Assembly (NCBI GenBank): GCA_951406725.2
Contig: OX597818.1
Span: 26,412,001 to 26,476,000 of the forward strand
Reading direction: 5' to 3'
Length of the DNA stretch: 64,000 bases
Source: Octopus vulgaris
Lineage: Eukaryota
The notes beneath the pieces are model-generated. The model searched no databases and had not been told where the DNA came from. It was given only the letters and a program-made list of their open reading frames with translations. Below are positions 36,476 to 49,138 of this stretch, in pieces. The stretch's first letter is position 1. Every line of letters starts with the position of its first letter. Made by a program: the position numbers and the translations under genes.

Positions 36476-38149
36476 GTATGTATATTATTGAAGTAATTTG
36501 ATGGTTCAATTGTACAGAGTGACCAGTGGTTTCATCACCAGTGGGATGTCTTTGAACCAGATATGAATTAAGTGAGCTGCAGGTGTTATGTTGTATTCAG
36601 GGATGGCACTGTGTTTGGTTTGGAAGGTTTTCCTTATTGGAATGTGGTAGTGTTGGTTTATTTATTTTGAGCTCTCTTGGGTTTTGTTTGATATCTTTGG
36701 GTTTTATATTTAATATGGAAATTTTCAGTGATTGTGTTGTTTGATTATGGGTGTGATTATGTTTGAACATATATAAACACACCCACAATCCACACAATAA
36801 ACATCCAAATCTTCCATTTTAAATGCACAACTCCAATAATTCAAACAAAAGCAAACAAACTAAAAGTAAACTAACCAACACCCTAACCCCTCTATTAGAA
36901 AATCATCCAAAGATTGCACTCGTGCACACACACACACTCACCAGAATGAGTATGCAAGACTTGACAGCTCAGCACAAATCCTATAAAAGTCAGTAGTTTC
37001 CTTCATTTCAGTTCTTGCATATACTGGATCTGATCAAGAAAAGAAAATCAACAGAAGCATTTAAATTGTCCAAATCATAGCCTCCTTTCTGTATCCTCAC
37101 TGTTATGGCTCTTTCATTCATAGTTATAGGGGAAAACATTTTTGAATAACAAAAGAAGAAAACAACAGGAAAAGGATAGTTAACATGTTTTTTGGTCATA
37201 CTTCTCTGCTATGGCTGTCATGGAGCTGCAATGTATCAGATAAATTTTGATTGTATTTCAGCACATAACTTCTGTACATGAGAGAAAAACATGCAGCAGT
37301 CTGCCAAGTTTTTGTTCAGAAAAATTCTTCTTTTCAAATGTTATCACTGGAATACCTCATCCCCTAGTGAAGAAGATTGGCCTACAAGAGTTCTGTACTG
37401 GTACTGTGTAAAAGGCACTCGTGCTGGTGCCACATTAAAAGCACCCAGCATACATTGTAAAGTGGTTGGCATTAGGAAGAGCATCCAGCTCTAGAAACCA
37501 AACCAAAACAGACAGGAACTTATATTTATGCAAATGTTGTACTTTCACCAGGAGAGATCTTCAGTGATTATAAAGTTCAGCATTTGAAGTGATTGTGAAA
37601 ATTCTACTTCTGTGCTACTCATTATTAAATGAGGTGGAATGTGATGATGTTTTCTTGATATAAATAACATTTGTTTCTCTTGTAGTTAAGAGAGACAAAA
37701 CTGGCATATCTGCATTCAAGGATTCTTTCAGTATTTTGATTTATAGAATTGGTGCAGGTTAAGTGTGTAGTGCACTGGTTGTAAGTAAATTGTGCATGAT
37801 CAGGGAAGGCTAGAACAGTAAGTGTCATCCTGTGATCTGTAAAAATGAATGTTGTTAGTCATGACAGCAAGTAAGTCAATGATGTATATAAGAAAAAAAA
37901 GTATGGGGACAAAACTGAACCCTGAAAACTTTAGAGTTGATAGAATGAGGAACAGGAAGAATTCTATCTGTACATGTCACAATAGTGAAAACTGATAAAA
38001 GGCAACCAATGCAAGAGATGATAGATAGGTGGAGCTCATGGGTAGGCAGTTCCAATAGAAAATCTACATGCTGGACACATCTGCAATTTTTTCTGATGTC
38101 AAAATCAACAACATTGCATTGACCAAATTTCTCCAAGTTGAGAGCCCAC

Positions 38150-38640
38150 TGGTAGGTGACATAGGACAGTAGATCATCATTTGAGATAGATTTATAGAAA
38201 CTGTACTGGGAGAAAAACAGAAATTCAAGGTTTTGGAGGATGCTATTGCAAATGGCTGTCTTTATTATCTTAGAAATATTGGAAGTGAATGCAATAGGAA
38301 AAAGTCACTAAGGTCAAAGGGGTTGCTACAAAAGGCAAATCACGTTAAGAAATTTATTTGGTTCCCCAAAATATTACTTTTGTCATTATTCTTCTGCATT
38401 CTGCAATTTTGTAGCTCTTGCTACAAAGTTGCATAGATTGCATATCCACACACAGAAGCCTTTCAATGGTCATGTAATGTATTACATGTATTACTAACAT
38501 ATGATACCTATGCTTCATCTCCCAACATAATAATATCACCCATTGCTACAGTCAACATCAACAAACATAAGTTTTGACTCGTCATCAGTCATTACATTGC
38601 ATTACATACTTTTCATCAGTATATGCTCAATAATTCCAAC
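38150..38640 (-). pseudogene. Possible PIF/Harbinger transposase fossil
   Basis: Minus strand VMTDDESKLMFVDVDCSNG (cf. VDA.YKF.FVDVG.NG), then MLGDEA (cf. GD.AY/FP) and YKIAECRRI (cf. YRLSRARR). Confidence 0.4.
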
Positions 38641-39194
38641 AAATATTTGAAAACCCCTTTGTTGAAGTTTTACATACATTTTCTTTTCAGTCCAGAAGGA
38701 AGCAATTTCATTACAATTGAGCAGGAACAGTATAACAATTAGCTAAGTGGCAGATGACGGAAATAATACTATGTCAACTACTGACAAGAGGTATCATATG
38801 AATGTATGATGACGTCTATGCCACACCTTACTAACGACAGAACAAAGACTCCAAGTACAACAGGATGAGGGAACATGACAGGCTGTTCCAAGAGAATGTG
38901 AGCATGCAGATCACAGGATACAAATATCACTCATCAACAAAAAGGAAAAGCTTTCATAATACAAATAACAATAGATGCTTTGAAAAGAAAACAGAGACAA
39001 AAGACTCTTCAGGCCCTGTTCAAACATCAGACAATCAACAATTTCAAATACAGAATTCAAATAAACAATATGAAAGAGATGGATAAGAAATGTTTTAAAT
39101 AGGTAAATTGGGGGTGGGGTGGGGAATTACTGTAGTTGAAGAAAAAATTTCCAAGTGCTGCTACAGAACCCCACAGATCTATTTGTGCTATTAT

Positions 39195-39630
39195 TATAAT
39201 CCTTTCTGCTATAGGCACAAGGCCTAAAATTTTAGAAAACGAGATAGTCAATTACATCGACCCCAGCCCCCAGTGCTCAACTGGTACTCATTTTATTGAC
39301 CCTGAAAGGATGAAAGGCAAAGTCAACCTCAGAAGAATTTAAACTTTGAATGTAAAGATGGATGAAATGCTGCTAAGTATTTTGTCTGGCACGCTAATGA
39401 TTCTACCAGCTTCATGCTTTTACAATAATAATAATAATAATCCTGTCTATTATAGGAACAAGGCCTGAAATTTTGTGAGAGGGACAAGCTGATGATATCG
39501 ATCCCAGTGCTCAACTGGTACTTATTTTATCAACCCTGAAAGGGAAAGTTGATCTCAATGGAATTTGAAATCAGAATGTAAGGATGGCCAAAATGCCACG
39601 AAGTATTTTTTCTGGCATGCTAACAATTCT
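39195..39630 (-). mobile_element. Tandem pair of older SINE family A-like copies
   Basis: Two successive ataggcacaaggcct..aattt...ccccagtgctcaactggtact...gaatttgaa.tcagaatgtaa units. Confidence 0.7.
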
Positions 39631-39649
39631 ATTGTGATGAACAGGAGTT

Positions 39650-40740
39650 ACTAACAATTGTTCCCAAACCATCTCCTCAACTTAGACAACTCTTAATTTC
39701 AGCTAATAACAAACATGTCAAATTCAGATTTAATATCAGGACTTATAATAACTCAGTTTTAGCTTTCACAATACCAAATGTCACAGGCACTAAAGGATAT
39801 AATCTCAATAGATTAGGGTTGTGTGAACATACAATACCTGGTTAAATCTTGCATTGATAACCTTCAGATTTAATTGTATCCACCAATCAGAAATTATAAT
39901 TTATTGAACCATGCATTTATGATACAGGACATCAACAGGATTCACAAATAGTAATACATAGGACACAAGCTATGATAACAATTTGTGACTTTATTTTACT
40001 AAACACTGAAAAAGATACTTAAATTTTTTTAACACTTAAGATTTCTCAATGATTATTCATGAACAAAATCACAATTTCAGGTGCAATAGCTGATAGAATC
40101 AATCAACTGTAGAAGTTGCAGTTGTATGTTCCAGGAGAGTCTTCCCTTGAAAATATCAATTTTCCATGTTTACAGATCATGACTCACAGAAATTTTCATA
40201 GGAATTTCAACAGAATTTTCAGAGGATAGAAACTTGGTTTAACATTTGACATTGAAGGTTAAAGTTATAAAATAAAACAAATGAATTGCCACAAATACTG
40301 GCTCATGATTCTTCAAGATGATTCCCATTTACATTTTTATTCAGATAATTCAACTTAAGAATACAACTGCAATATGTATGCTAAAATTCAAGAATCAAGG
40401 TTATAGTGGGTTAGATATCATCACAAAAAAAATCAGAGCTGAAAGATATCAAGATATTCACTGCTTTCAGAAGTAGCTTGGAGGATGTTTGCGTTTAAAT
40501 TTCACAGTTCATAGCCCCCAGTTCAACAGCTTACAGTTCATTTACCCTAATAGCAATACATTTACTTCAATGAGGATAATAACATTCAACACATTATTCA
40601 CACGAATGGCATTATCTACATCCACTCTAACTGAATGAATGCAATTTACCAAGATTCAATCAATTTCACAAGGATTTTACATCTTACATACATATAATCA
40701 ATATATGCCTATAATGTAAACATATCTCATGATACACAAA
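39650..40740 (+). pseudogene. Decayed Helitron Rep/helicase fragment
   Basis: MYAKIQESRL*WVR (cf. DMYAKIE.ERL.YIR) at ~40374 and EVAWRMFAFKFHSS*PPVQQLTVHLP**QYIYFNE (cf. EA.WRIF.F.IH...P.V..L.VHL...Q.VYF) at ~40470-40575. Confidence 0.7.
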
Positions 40741-40917
40741 AACCAATCATCATCATCATATCAATAATTAAGGAAAACCAATTTCAGTGTTTATATATAC
40801 AAATGCACATACACACAAACACATACCTACATACATGCAAATGTACATATGTGCATAGATTGATAGATAGATATAAGCATGCATGTATGTATATATGTGC
40901 GTATATGTATGTGTGTG

Positions 40918-42095
40918 TGGTGGTTGAACAATGCTGTAGACAGGGCCATTAGGGCAAAGACACAGGCCTGGAAGGCCTAGTAGAGTGGGGGTAGCAGGGG
41001 ACTGTATCAGTTAACCAGAAGGGAAGCTAGGAGACAGGTATATGTAGCCAAGGCGGCGAGCTGGCAGAAACGTTAGCATGCCGGGCGAAATGCTTAGTGG
41101 TATTTCGTCTGCGTTACATTGTGAGTTCAAATTCCGCCGAGGTTGACTTTGCCTTTCATCCTTTCGGGGGTCGATAAATTAAGTACCAGTTACGCACTGG
41201 GGCGATATAATCGACTTAATACCTATGTCAGTCCATGTTTGTCTCCTCTATGTTTAGCCCCTTGTGGGTAATAAAGAAATAGGTATATATAGCCAAGGGA
41301 GTAGCAGAAAAGAAGTTTGCCATTGTTCAGAGATGTGAGGATCAAAGAACTGAAGTATTTTGGATTGCAAAACAGTGGAGAAAAATGTGCCTGCATGGAT
41401 GATGGTGCCCTTGCATTTAGTGATTCTGTGAAGAAAGAGGCTTGGAGATACCATTATGAAAGACTGCTGAATGTGGCGAATGAATGGGAGGAGGAGGGTC
41501 TGCCAAATGTTGACCCAATTGAGGGACCAGCTACCCAAATTGACAGTACCCTGGTAGATAAAACAATTAAGGATATGAAGACAGAGAAAGCCCCTGGCCC
41601 ATCAGGAATCACTGCTGAGATGCTTGAAATATCGGGTAGTGTGGTTTATGGTCTTGTCACCCACATTGTAAATCAAGTAGTTCACAAAAGAGTCATATAC
41701 AATGACTGGTGTAGCAGCACCATAGTCAGCTGCTACAAAGGTAAAGGTGATGCATTAGATAGAAATAACTACAGGAGTATTGAATTATTGGATCAGGTGA
41801 TGAAAGTTACAGAGAGGATCATAGCCCAACTAATTAGGGAGAGAGTTAGCCTAGATGAGATGCAGTTTGGTTTTGTGCCAGGGAGAAGCACCACTGATGC
41901 TATATTTCTGGTAAGGCAACTGCAGAGAAATATCTAGCCAAAGATAAACCTCTGTACTTGGCTTTTGTTGACTTGGAGAAAGCCTTTGACAAAGTCCCCT
42001 GATCCCTTATCTGGTGGTCAATGCGGAAACTAGGGATAGACAAGTGGTTGGTAGGAGCTGTACAAGCCCTGTACAGGGATGCTGTCAGTAAGGTA
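40918..42095 (+). mobile_element. RTE LINE fragment interrupted by a SINE
   Basis: ORF 41317-41937 (KAPGPSGITAEML, NYRSIELLD, QFGFVPGRSTTDAIF); frameshift near 41930. Confidence 0.9.
41052..41280 (+). mobile_element. SINE family A with 16-bp target-site duplication
   Basis: aggtatatgtagccaa (41036-41051) / aggtatatatagccaa (41281-41296). Confidence 0.9.
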
Positions 42096-42554
42096 TCAGT
42101 AAGGAACAAACAAAAAAAAAAACAAAAAAAACAAACAAATGACGGAAACTCAGAGAGTGGCGTTCATATTGTACATGCATCTATCATTGTAATCCAATAA
42201 TGTACAGATGTCTCTTTATGATGACCTCATTCGTCATCTCATCTACTGGAAACCTTATGGCAATGGTGAAGTGTGCAGACAACCAGTTTGAAGTGCGCAG
42301 TAACTCACAACTTTCATCTGTCACTAAAGCCACAAACCATGCAGTGAGATTGAATAGTCATCTGAGAGGTTACGGACAGAAAGCAAAAAATGCCACTGAC
42401 AAGTAAGAAGTACAAGGAAATAGCAATCCCCTGTGAAGATGGAGCAACCATCATGTATGTATATATATATGTATTTTTGAATGTGTGTGTGCATGTATGT
42501 ATGTATGTATGTATGTATGTATGCATGCATGTATGTATGTATGAATGTATGTAC

Positions 42555-43265
42555 ATCATTGTTCAGTTTTATTTCAAGATTTCTTGCCAATAGAGAAAGA
42601 GCCAGTTTCTAACCAATATTTAAGGCTCCTTCATTGGAATTTCAATATCAACAACAGGGTATTTTTGTGTGTATGTATGTATGTATGTATGTGTGTATAT
42701 ATATGTATGTATTAAGTATGTGTGCAGATTTGTATGTTTTGCTTTATGTATGTATTCTCATGCATATAGTTGTATATCTAGACATGCTCATATATATTTA
42801 AGTGATAAACGTCTGGAAGTTTTACAGATTTTTACAGTTCCAGTGACAGATTGGATCTGTAGTCTTCAAATTAACTTTGTCCTTTCTAGTTTTAAGAAGC
42901 CTAATTTCTCAAGATTGGTATTTAGGCGATGTGTTACATATCTCAAGACTCCAATAATTACAGGTACAAACCTGAACTTGTAATCTAGATAGAGTAAATG
43001 CAGATATTTCAGTAGTTCAGCATAGGTATTCTCTTTTTCACTGATCTTCAGCTTTATGTTAACATCTGCTGGGCAGCTAAATTCCACAACTGTACACAGT
43101 TTCTCTTCTTTATCCCAAATCATTATATCAGGTCTATTGTGTTTACATTTCATTGAGCTTTTCACAGGGACATTCCATCAATACTCCATTTTATTATGAG
43201 TGGCTATGACTTCAACCATACTGTGGGTTGTTATTTCTTTATCCTCAAGATTATTCCTCCGACAG
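42555..43265 (-). mobile_element. R4/Dong/NeSL-like LINE 3' end with restriction-like endonuclease
   Basis: ORF 42866-43165 HNRPDIMIWDKEEKLCTVVEFSCP...K...Y..L...VPVIIG (PD-(D/E)xK REL domain); 3' end lies in (ATAC)n. Confidence 0.85.
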
Positions 43266-43539
43266 ATCTTGTTATACAGTGTGCATGTATGTATGTATCC
43301 ACCTACACTCCTGGTTCCTCTCAACCCACTCACCTTGTTCCTTGTATCTTGAGGAGACTACCCAGTTCCTTCATCCCTATTTTATCTCTTTTCAGTTCCA
43401 CCCAATCACTTTCCTTCTCTATCCTACATGTGAGAAGCCATGTGGCTCCTCTACACCGAGAAATCTGCTCTGGTCTGGCCCCTTCACTCATACTTCAAAT
43501 CCTCATCACCCATACCCTCACCTTGGGTTCATTGTTCCT

Positions 43540-43768
43540 TATTTCTTTAATGCACACAAGGGGCTAAACATAGAGGGGACAAACAAGGACAGACAAAGGG
43601 ATTAAGTCGATTACATCGACCCCAGTGCACAACTGGTACTTAATTTATCGACCCCGAAAGGATGAAAGGCAAAGTCGACCTTGGCGGAATTTGAACTCAG
43701 AACGTAATGGCAGACGAAATACCGCTAAGCATTTCGCCCTGCGTGCTAACTTGTCTGTCAATTCGCCA
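43540..43768 (-). mobile_element. SINE family A with target-site duplication
   Basis: ttgggttcattgtt at 43523-43536 and 43771-43784. Confidence 0.9.
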
Positions 43769-44026
43769 ATTTGGGTTCATTGTTTCTATCTAATGGGCAA
43801 CCTCACTAGTGCACAAGAAAAGCATCCAGTACATGATGTAAAGTGGTTTGTGCTGGGGAGAATATCTAGTTGTAGAAATCATGCTAAAATAATCACTGGA
43901 GTACAATGCAGTCCTTGGGCCCATCAAATAATGTCAACCCATTCCGGTCATATCATCATGTTGAACCATTAATCCCTACACATATTTTTCTCTCTCCCTT
44001 TTTTTGTCATTCTTTCTCCAAGACGG

Positions 44027-44178
44027 AAAGTGTTGCTGAAGAGGTCACAGATGTGTGACGAAAGATTTCTGGACAATGGACATGAGTTAGAATAAGAACA
44101 GTAATAAATGAGTGAAGAATGAATATATAGTGACCAAAAAAAGAAAAAAAATATGACCATCCCAAAATACAACATTTT
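44027..44178 (+). ncRNA. Hammerhead-like motif with expanded helix III
   Basis: aaagtgttg-CTGAAGA-g-gtcaca-gatg-tgtgac-GAAA ... ATA-caacatttt. 9-bp helix I, 6-bp helix II, poorly paired long helix III. Confidence 0.45.
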
Positions 44179-44323
44179 CTCTCAGATCTTTCTGTCAAAG
44201 AAACACCAAAGACTTTTCCATTCTTCATGAGCATCAAACTTATACACCTCTATGTTGTTCCCTCACCTGTCTTTGTGTTTTGTTTTCTGTAAATTTGAAC
44301 TATATATATATATATCTTATATA

Positions 44324-44929
44324 TCTATACATATAAATTTGACATGGTCGATTCTTTCTTGTCTTGAGATTCACGGGTGAAATTGCGTCTGGGTGAAATT
44401 GCGCAAAAAATTACACAGATGTGTAGAATGATCTGGTGGTGATGCTGGGCTTTGTATTTTTCATAGCTCCCATGGTTGCCGAGATAATCTACTATAATAA
44501 TACTCTTGTGTTTATGAATGAGAAATGAATGGGTGATAGATGAATAAGGAAGGATGGGGTGATATCATACCTAGTAGTGGGATGATGAAAATTGTATGCT
44601 GAAAAAAATAAATCAAACAGCATTTCAATTCTGTGGGATTATATGTGCATGTATGTAAAAGGGATGGGGGTATGTGAATGTGCTTGTGCAATGGAACTGG
44701 GATGGTTCATTTTTGTTTGCTTAGTATTTGGGTCTGTTTTTTGATTTGGTTGAATCTTGGTTGGTTTTTTTTTTATTGGTCAGTTATTTTTATTGTTTTG
44801 ACAGAAAAAATATAATTCTAAAATTATTTTTTAATGTAAGCGTGCCCAAATAAGCTGAATGCTTACACACAACAGGTTTTACAGCCACACCATCCAAACT
44901 GACCAGGTGAAACCGAGCTTAGCTGCTAG
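44324..44929 (+). mobile_element. Non-autonomous Helitron
   Basis: 5' TC(tatacatataaa); 3' degenerate hairpin ccaggtgaaaccgag followed by CTAG, inserted between A and T. Confidence 0.55.
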
Positions 44930-45060
44930 TATATATATATATATTATTATTATGGCTGCCCCCTCGTTATCGAGTATGGCCACTGCACGAAGCTTAACTG
45001 TTACTGGTGCTGTGATCAAATGTGACTTTTTAGCCCAGCTAAAGATCTACAATGTCTTGT

Positions 45061-45096
<36 letters not shown>

Positions 45097-45650
45097 TAGA
45101 TAGATAGATAGATATATATACACACACACACACATACAAACATATATGCACATACACATATATATATAAATATATGCCTATGGTGGCGTTGCTGTTTCCA
45201 AAGTTTATTTTCGTTTCTCTGTTAGTAATTTTACTTGTGTATCTATCTTAAAATGAGCTGCTTATCTAGTTACTGCTCTGTACTTGACTGACACTTTGTT
45301 CTGAAGCATATGTATTAGTATCACTATGTATAAAGCGATATATATATAGTATATAAAGGAATATCAGATAAGCCACCCATACCTGGATACAACTCACTCA
45401 ACAAGAACTCACTACTTGAATGAACCATAATACCACAAAACTTGACTTAAAAAGGATTTAGATAATCTTATCAGGTGGTGCTATTAAGTTTGACATGGCC
45501 TGGACCAATCTTTGGTCAAACCATATGTAAGTTTTTATACATAGCATATATATATATATATATATTTCTTTATTGCCCACAAGGGGCTAAACATAGAGGG
45601 CACAAACAAGGACATATATATATACACACATACATACATACATGCATATA

Positions 45651-46045
45651 CAGGAGTGGCTGTGTGGTAAGTAGCTTGCTTACCAGCCACATGATTCCAG
45701 GTTCAGTCCCACTGTGTGGCACCTTGGGCAAGTGTCTTCTACTATAGCCTCATGTCTACCAAAGAGCCTTGCGAGTGGATTTGGTAAACAGAAACTGAAA
45801 GAAACCCGTCATAATATATATATAAATATGTGTGTGCGTGTGTGTGTATATATATATATATGCTTGTGTGTCTGTGTTTGTCCCCATACCATCACTTGAC
45901 AACCGATGTTGGTGTGTTTACATTCCTGTAACTTAGCAGTTCGGCAAAAGTGATTGATAGAATAAGTCCTAGGGTCGAATTGTTCGACTAAAGGAGGTGC
46001 TCCAGCATGGCCGCAGTCAAATGACTGAAACAAATAAAAGGATAA
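45651..46045 (+). mobile_element. tRNA-derived SINE family B, near full length
   Basis: caggagtggctgtgtggtaag (A box), ggttcagtccc (B box), internal TA/TG tract, tail ggtgctccagcatggccgcagtcaaatgactgaaac. Confidence 0.85.
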
Positions 46046-46136
46046 ACGAATATTTCTATTTATATGAGACAAAATGAGATAACAAAGCCAAGGCTGTGAA
46101 GAGTTTTCAGGACTGGTCATGGGTCAACAGGTTTTT

Positions 46137-46196
46137 GGGATCTGATGATATGACATAAAGCCAAACCCTTTATGGACGGAAACCTAAGATAATCCC
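46137..46196 (+). ncRNA. Type I hammerhead ribozyme candidate (within ~100-bp repeat 46121-46220)
   Basis: gggat-CTGATGA-tatga-cataaag-ccaaacc-ctttatg-gacg-GAAAC-ctaag-ATA-atccc. Helix I gggat/atccc; C-A mismatch at the base of helix III. Confidence 0.6.
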
Positions 46197-46229
46197 ATAA
46201 ACCGGCCTTCCCCATTTTAACAAACACAT

Positions 46230-46582
46230 ACGGCGCCGACGTGGCTTGTTTCCCAACCACATAGTTCCGGGTTCAGTCCCACTGCGTGGAACCTTGGGCA
46301 AATGTCTTTTATTATAGCTTTGGGCTGATCAAATCCTTGTGAGGGAATTTGGTGAAAGCCCGTCGAGTATATGTGTGTATCCGTGTTTGTCCTCCACCAC
46401 CGCTTGCCAACCGGTGTTGGTGTGTTTACGTCCCCGAAACCTGACGGTTCGGCAAAAGAAACCGAAAGAATAAGTACCAGTCTTCAAAAAAATAAGTAGT
46501 AGGGTCGAGTCATTCGACTGAAAATACTTCAAGGCGGTGCCCCAGCATAGCCGCAATCTAATGATTGAAACGAGTAAAAGAT
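46230..46582 (+). mobile_element. SINE family B, CpG-rich copy
   Basis: Same family as 45651; ends ggcggtgccccagcatagccgcaatctaatgattgaaacgagtaaaag. Confidence 0.85.
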
Positions 46583-46885
46583 ATATATAAAGAGAAAGAG
46601 AGATACACGCATATATAATTCTTTACATGTTATATTTAACTAAAAAGATATTCAAAACGAATTTATATCAGAAAGATTTCCATTAAACGACTGTGGTTCT
46701 GTTTCGATCCTCCCTTGTAGCAATATTATTTACGGTGATTAACGAGAGAGAAAGGCATGAATGTCACAGAATGTCGTAATCTCCTCTTGCATTCGAAAAA
46801 CTGCCTGACTAGGAAATCAATACACATATTCTTGAATGTAGAAAAGGATGAATTTTATTTATATATATATATATGTATGTATGTA

Positions 46886-46944
<59 letters not shown>

Positions 46945-47326
46945 GTGTGTAGGTATGTATGTATGTATGTATGTATGTATGTATGTATGTATATATGTAT
47001 GAATGTATGTATGTGTGCGTAATGACATCCACGCATACTCACACACAGATACAAACACCAATTCTACGTTTAGTGAGTGAGAGAGCGAACCAGGAACTCG
47101 TCTTGATAGATACGCGCATTAGCTGTCACTCCCTTGCTTTCAATTAATTTATCAGTCTATCTCTGCCTGCGCCTCACCCTCAATCTATCCATCTTAGTCT
47201 TTCATTTCCGCCCCTCCCTCTCTCTCTCTCTTTATTTAGCTGATCTTTAGTTCAGACATCTGCCCTGTCATATTCTCTCATAATTCTTCTTCAACAAACT
47301 CTAAAACCCAAACACAGGAGGACTAA

Positions 47327-47376
47327 ATGGCTACCGTGGATACTGCTGATGACTCACAGAAAAGACAAGGAACCAG
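47327..47376 (+). CDS. Candidate first coding exon (MATVDTADDSQKRQGT..), product unknown
   Basis: ATGG start preceded by an in-frame TAA, 16 codons, then AG|GTAAAT donor; ~120 bp downstream of a GC box. No downstream exon identified. Confidence 0.45.
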
Positions 47377-48603
47377 GTAAATCTCTGTTCTTGCGATATT
47401 ATTTTCTCATCAAAAGCCACACCATTAACCGATTTATGCTATCTATTCCTATCCAAGATAGTCAACTTTCTTACCAACTACTCTTTTCTTATCTTTACTC
47501 TCAGTCATTCTACGAAAATTAATAAATATAAAAGCAATTGTTACATATTTTCTACCTTTCCCTCTTCTCGATTTTAATAAACATACTCATGCATATATAT
47601 ATTTGAATATGTGTTTGTATGTGTGTGTCATACTGTCACTGTTTCTATACGAATACATATTGTTTCTTTAACATCATCTCTAATCAAGATCATCATCATT
47701 ATCACCACCATAATTTGTTTTTAAATCCAAAACAAGATCGTCGTTTTGTATGGGTTATGCAGTGAAATGTAATTTCCTATTTTTCACGGAGAAACTTTAT
47801 GCTCTGGTGACTGAGTTTTTCAGCATCGGTCACGGTGTAGCTTATAGTCGATGACTGATACGCTAAATTGACTATTGTATGCGTATGTTTGTGTGTGTAG
47901 ACGTGTCTGAGTATATTTGCCGTAACGTTAATTGATAGACGTCGGCTACTATATGGTTACAAACTGGGGGAACAAATTATGATATTCTATGTGTTACAAA
48001 CTGGTCCTCCAATTTGTAATACATTGAAGATAATCTGCTTATTTTTCTGTCCCCTTTCACTTCTTCTCAAGTCATGTTTGTTTCCTTTTTATACAATCTT
48101 ACACCAGAAATCCTATAAAATTAGCCTGTCTAATGTGTGAACACACACATACACACACACAATGCGACGCGCTTATATGTATCATAGTTCTATTTAGATT
48201 TTTAGTAAATTATTTCTCGTAATCGTGTAATAGAACCCGGAAAGACGAAGTCAATTCGCCGAAGGAAAGCTGCCGGCGAGCATCATCCACGATTCCGGTT
48301 CAATCCCTCGTTGGAGCCATATCACTATATCCTAGTCATTACATTCCACCCACTCCCTCTAAAGAACATTCGCTTCATACCAATGCAAGAAAGAGATATT
48401 AATTACGACGGTAAATCATTAATATGAACAACGATAGGGAATAAGTTCGTGCACCAACTGGATGTGTTGATTTTCCCGTTAAATTAAATCGCTAAACTAA
48501 TAATGTTTAGGTGTATTTTGTGTATGTTCAAGAATCGAACGTGCAGCTAGATAAAGGTCTAACAACCTCTGCATGGCTTCATTGCTCAACTGTATCGACT
48601 TAC

Positions 48604-48694
48604 CTTTGAACCCCACCTTTTTCAACCTATTACCCGAGAATTGATCTGTTGCTATGGATGTATAACAGGAGCTCATTGAAGCTTTGCTATGCAT
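48604..48694 (-). other. Candidate first exon of a minus-strand transcript (coding MHSKASMSSCY..GFK or 5' UTR)
   Basis: Consensus donor AAG|GTAAGT at 48604/48603; GGGCGG box and TGAGTCA just upstream on the minus strand. Confidence 0.35.
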
Positions 48695-49010
48695 TACAAT
48701 CTTCGAGACGAATCCTTGACTCACCCCGATCTCTTTCTCTCCCTTTCCCGCCCTCTCTTTTACGGATGTATATGTGTGTCAGTGTATCTACATTTATGTA
48801 TATATCTATGAATTTGTTTCCTTCTGTCAAAATCAGTATAAATGTTTGTATATCTATGTGTATATTTGTATATGTATACCTGTGTATGTATCTGTGCGTG
48901 TATACATATATGTTTACACATATATACATCTATGTATATATATATATCTATATATATATATATATATATATATGTGTACTTATGTGTATACATACATAGA
49001 CGTGTGTGTA

Positions 49011-49059
<49 letters not shown>

Positions 49060-49077
49060 TGGGGAAGGCCGGTTTAT

Positions 49078-49138
49078 GGAATTACCTTAGGTTTCCCGTC
49101 CATAAAGGGCTTAGCTTTATGGCGTATCGTCAGATCCC
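49078..49138 (-). ncRNA. Type I hammerhead ribozyme (within repeat 49053-49152, inverted copy of 46121-46220)
   Basis: Minus strand gggat-CTGACGA-tacg-ccataaag-ctaagcc-ctttatgg-acgg-GAA-ACC-taa-GGT-A-attcc. Intact core, 8-bp helix II, GUA site. Confidence 0.75.

Larger units (their letters stand above)
46680..48760. promoter_or_regulatory. CpG-retaining, TE-poor promoter-like island
   Basis: Visibly more CpG than the non-TE flanks. GC boxes ccgccc at ~47207 and ~48738; ETS-like ccggaa/ttccgg at ~48237 and ~48293; TGACTCA at ~48717. Confidence 0.55.

Noticed and set aside
38691-38790. Exon-like segment with a good acceptor (ttttcttttcag)
   Set aside because: Stops in all three frames and a weak donor.
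42866-43165. Nuclease ORF considered as Fanzor/TnpB-like
   Set aside because: Motifs are PD-(D/E)xK of an R4-type LINE; no RuvC or zinc-ribbon pattern was seen in any listed ORF.
47343-47376. ctg-CTGATGA-ctcaca-GAAA...cag hammerhead-like string in the candidate exon
   Set aside because: No helix II or III pairing and no NUH triplet before the potential helix I strand.
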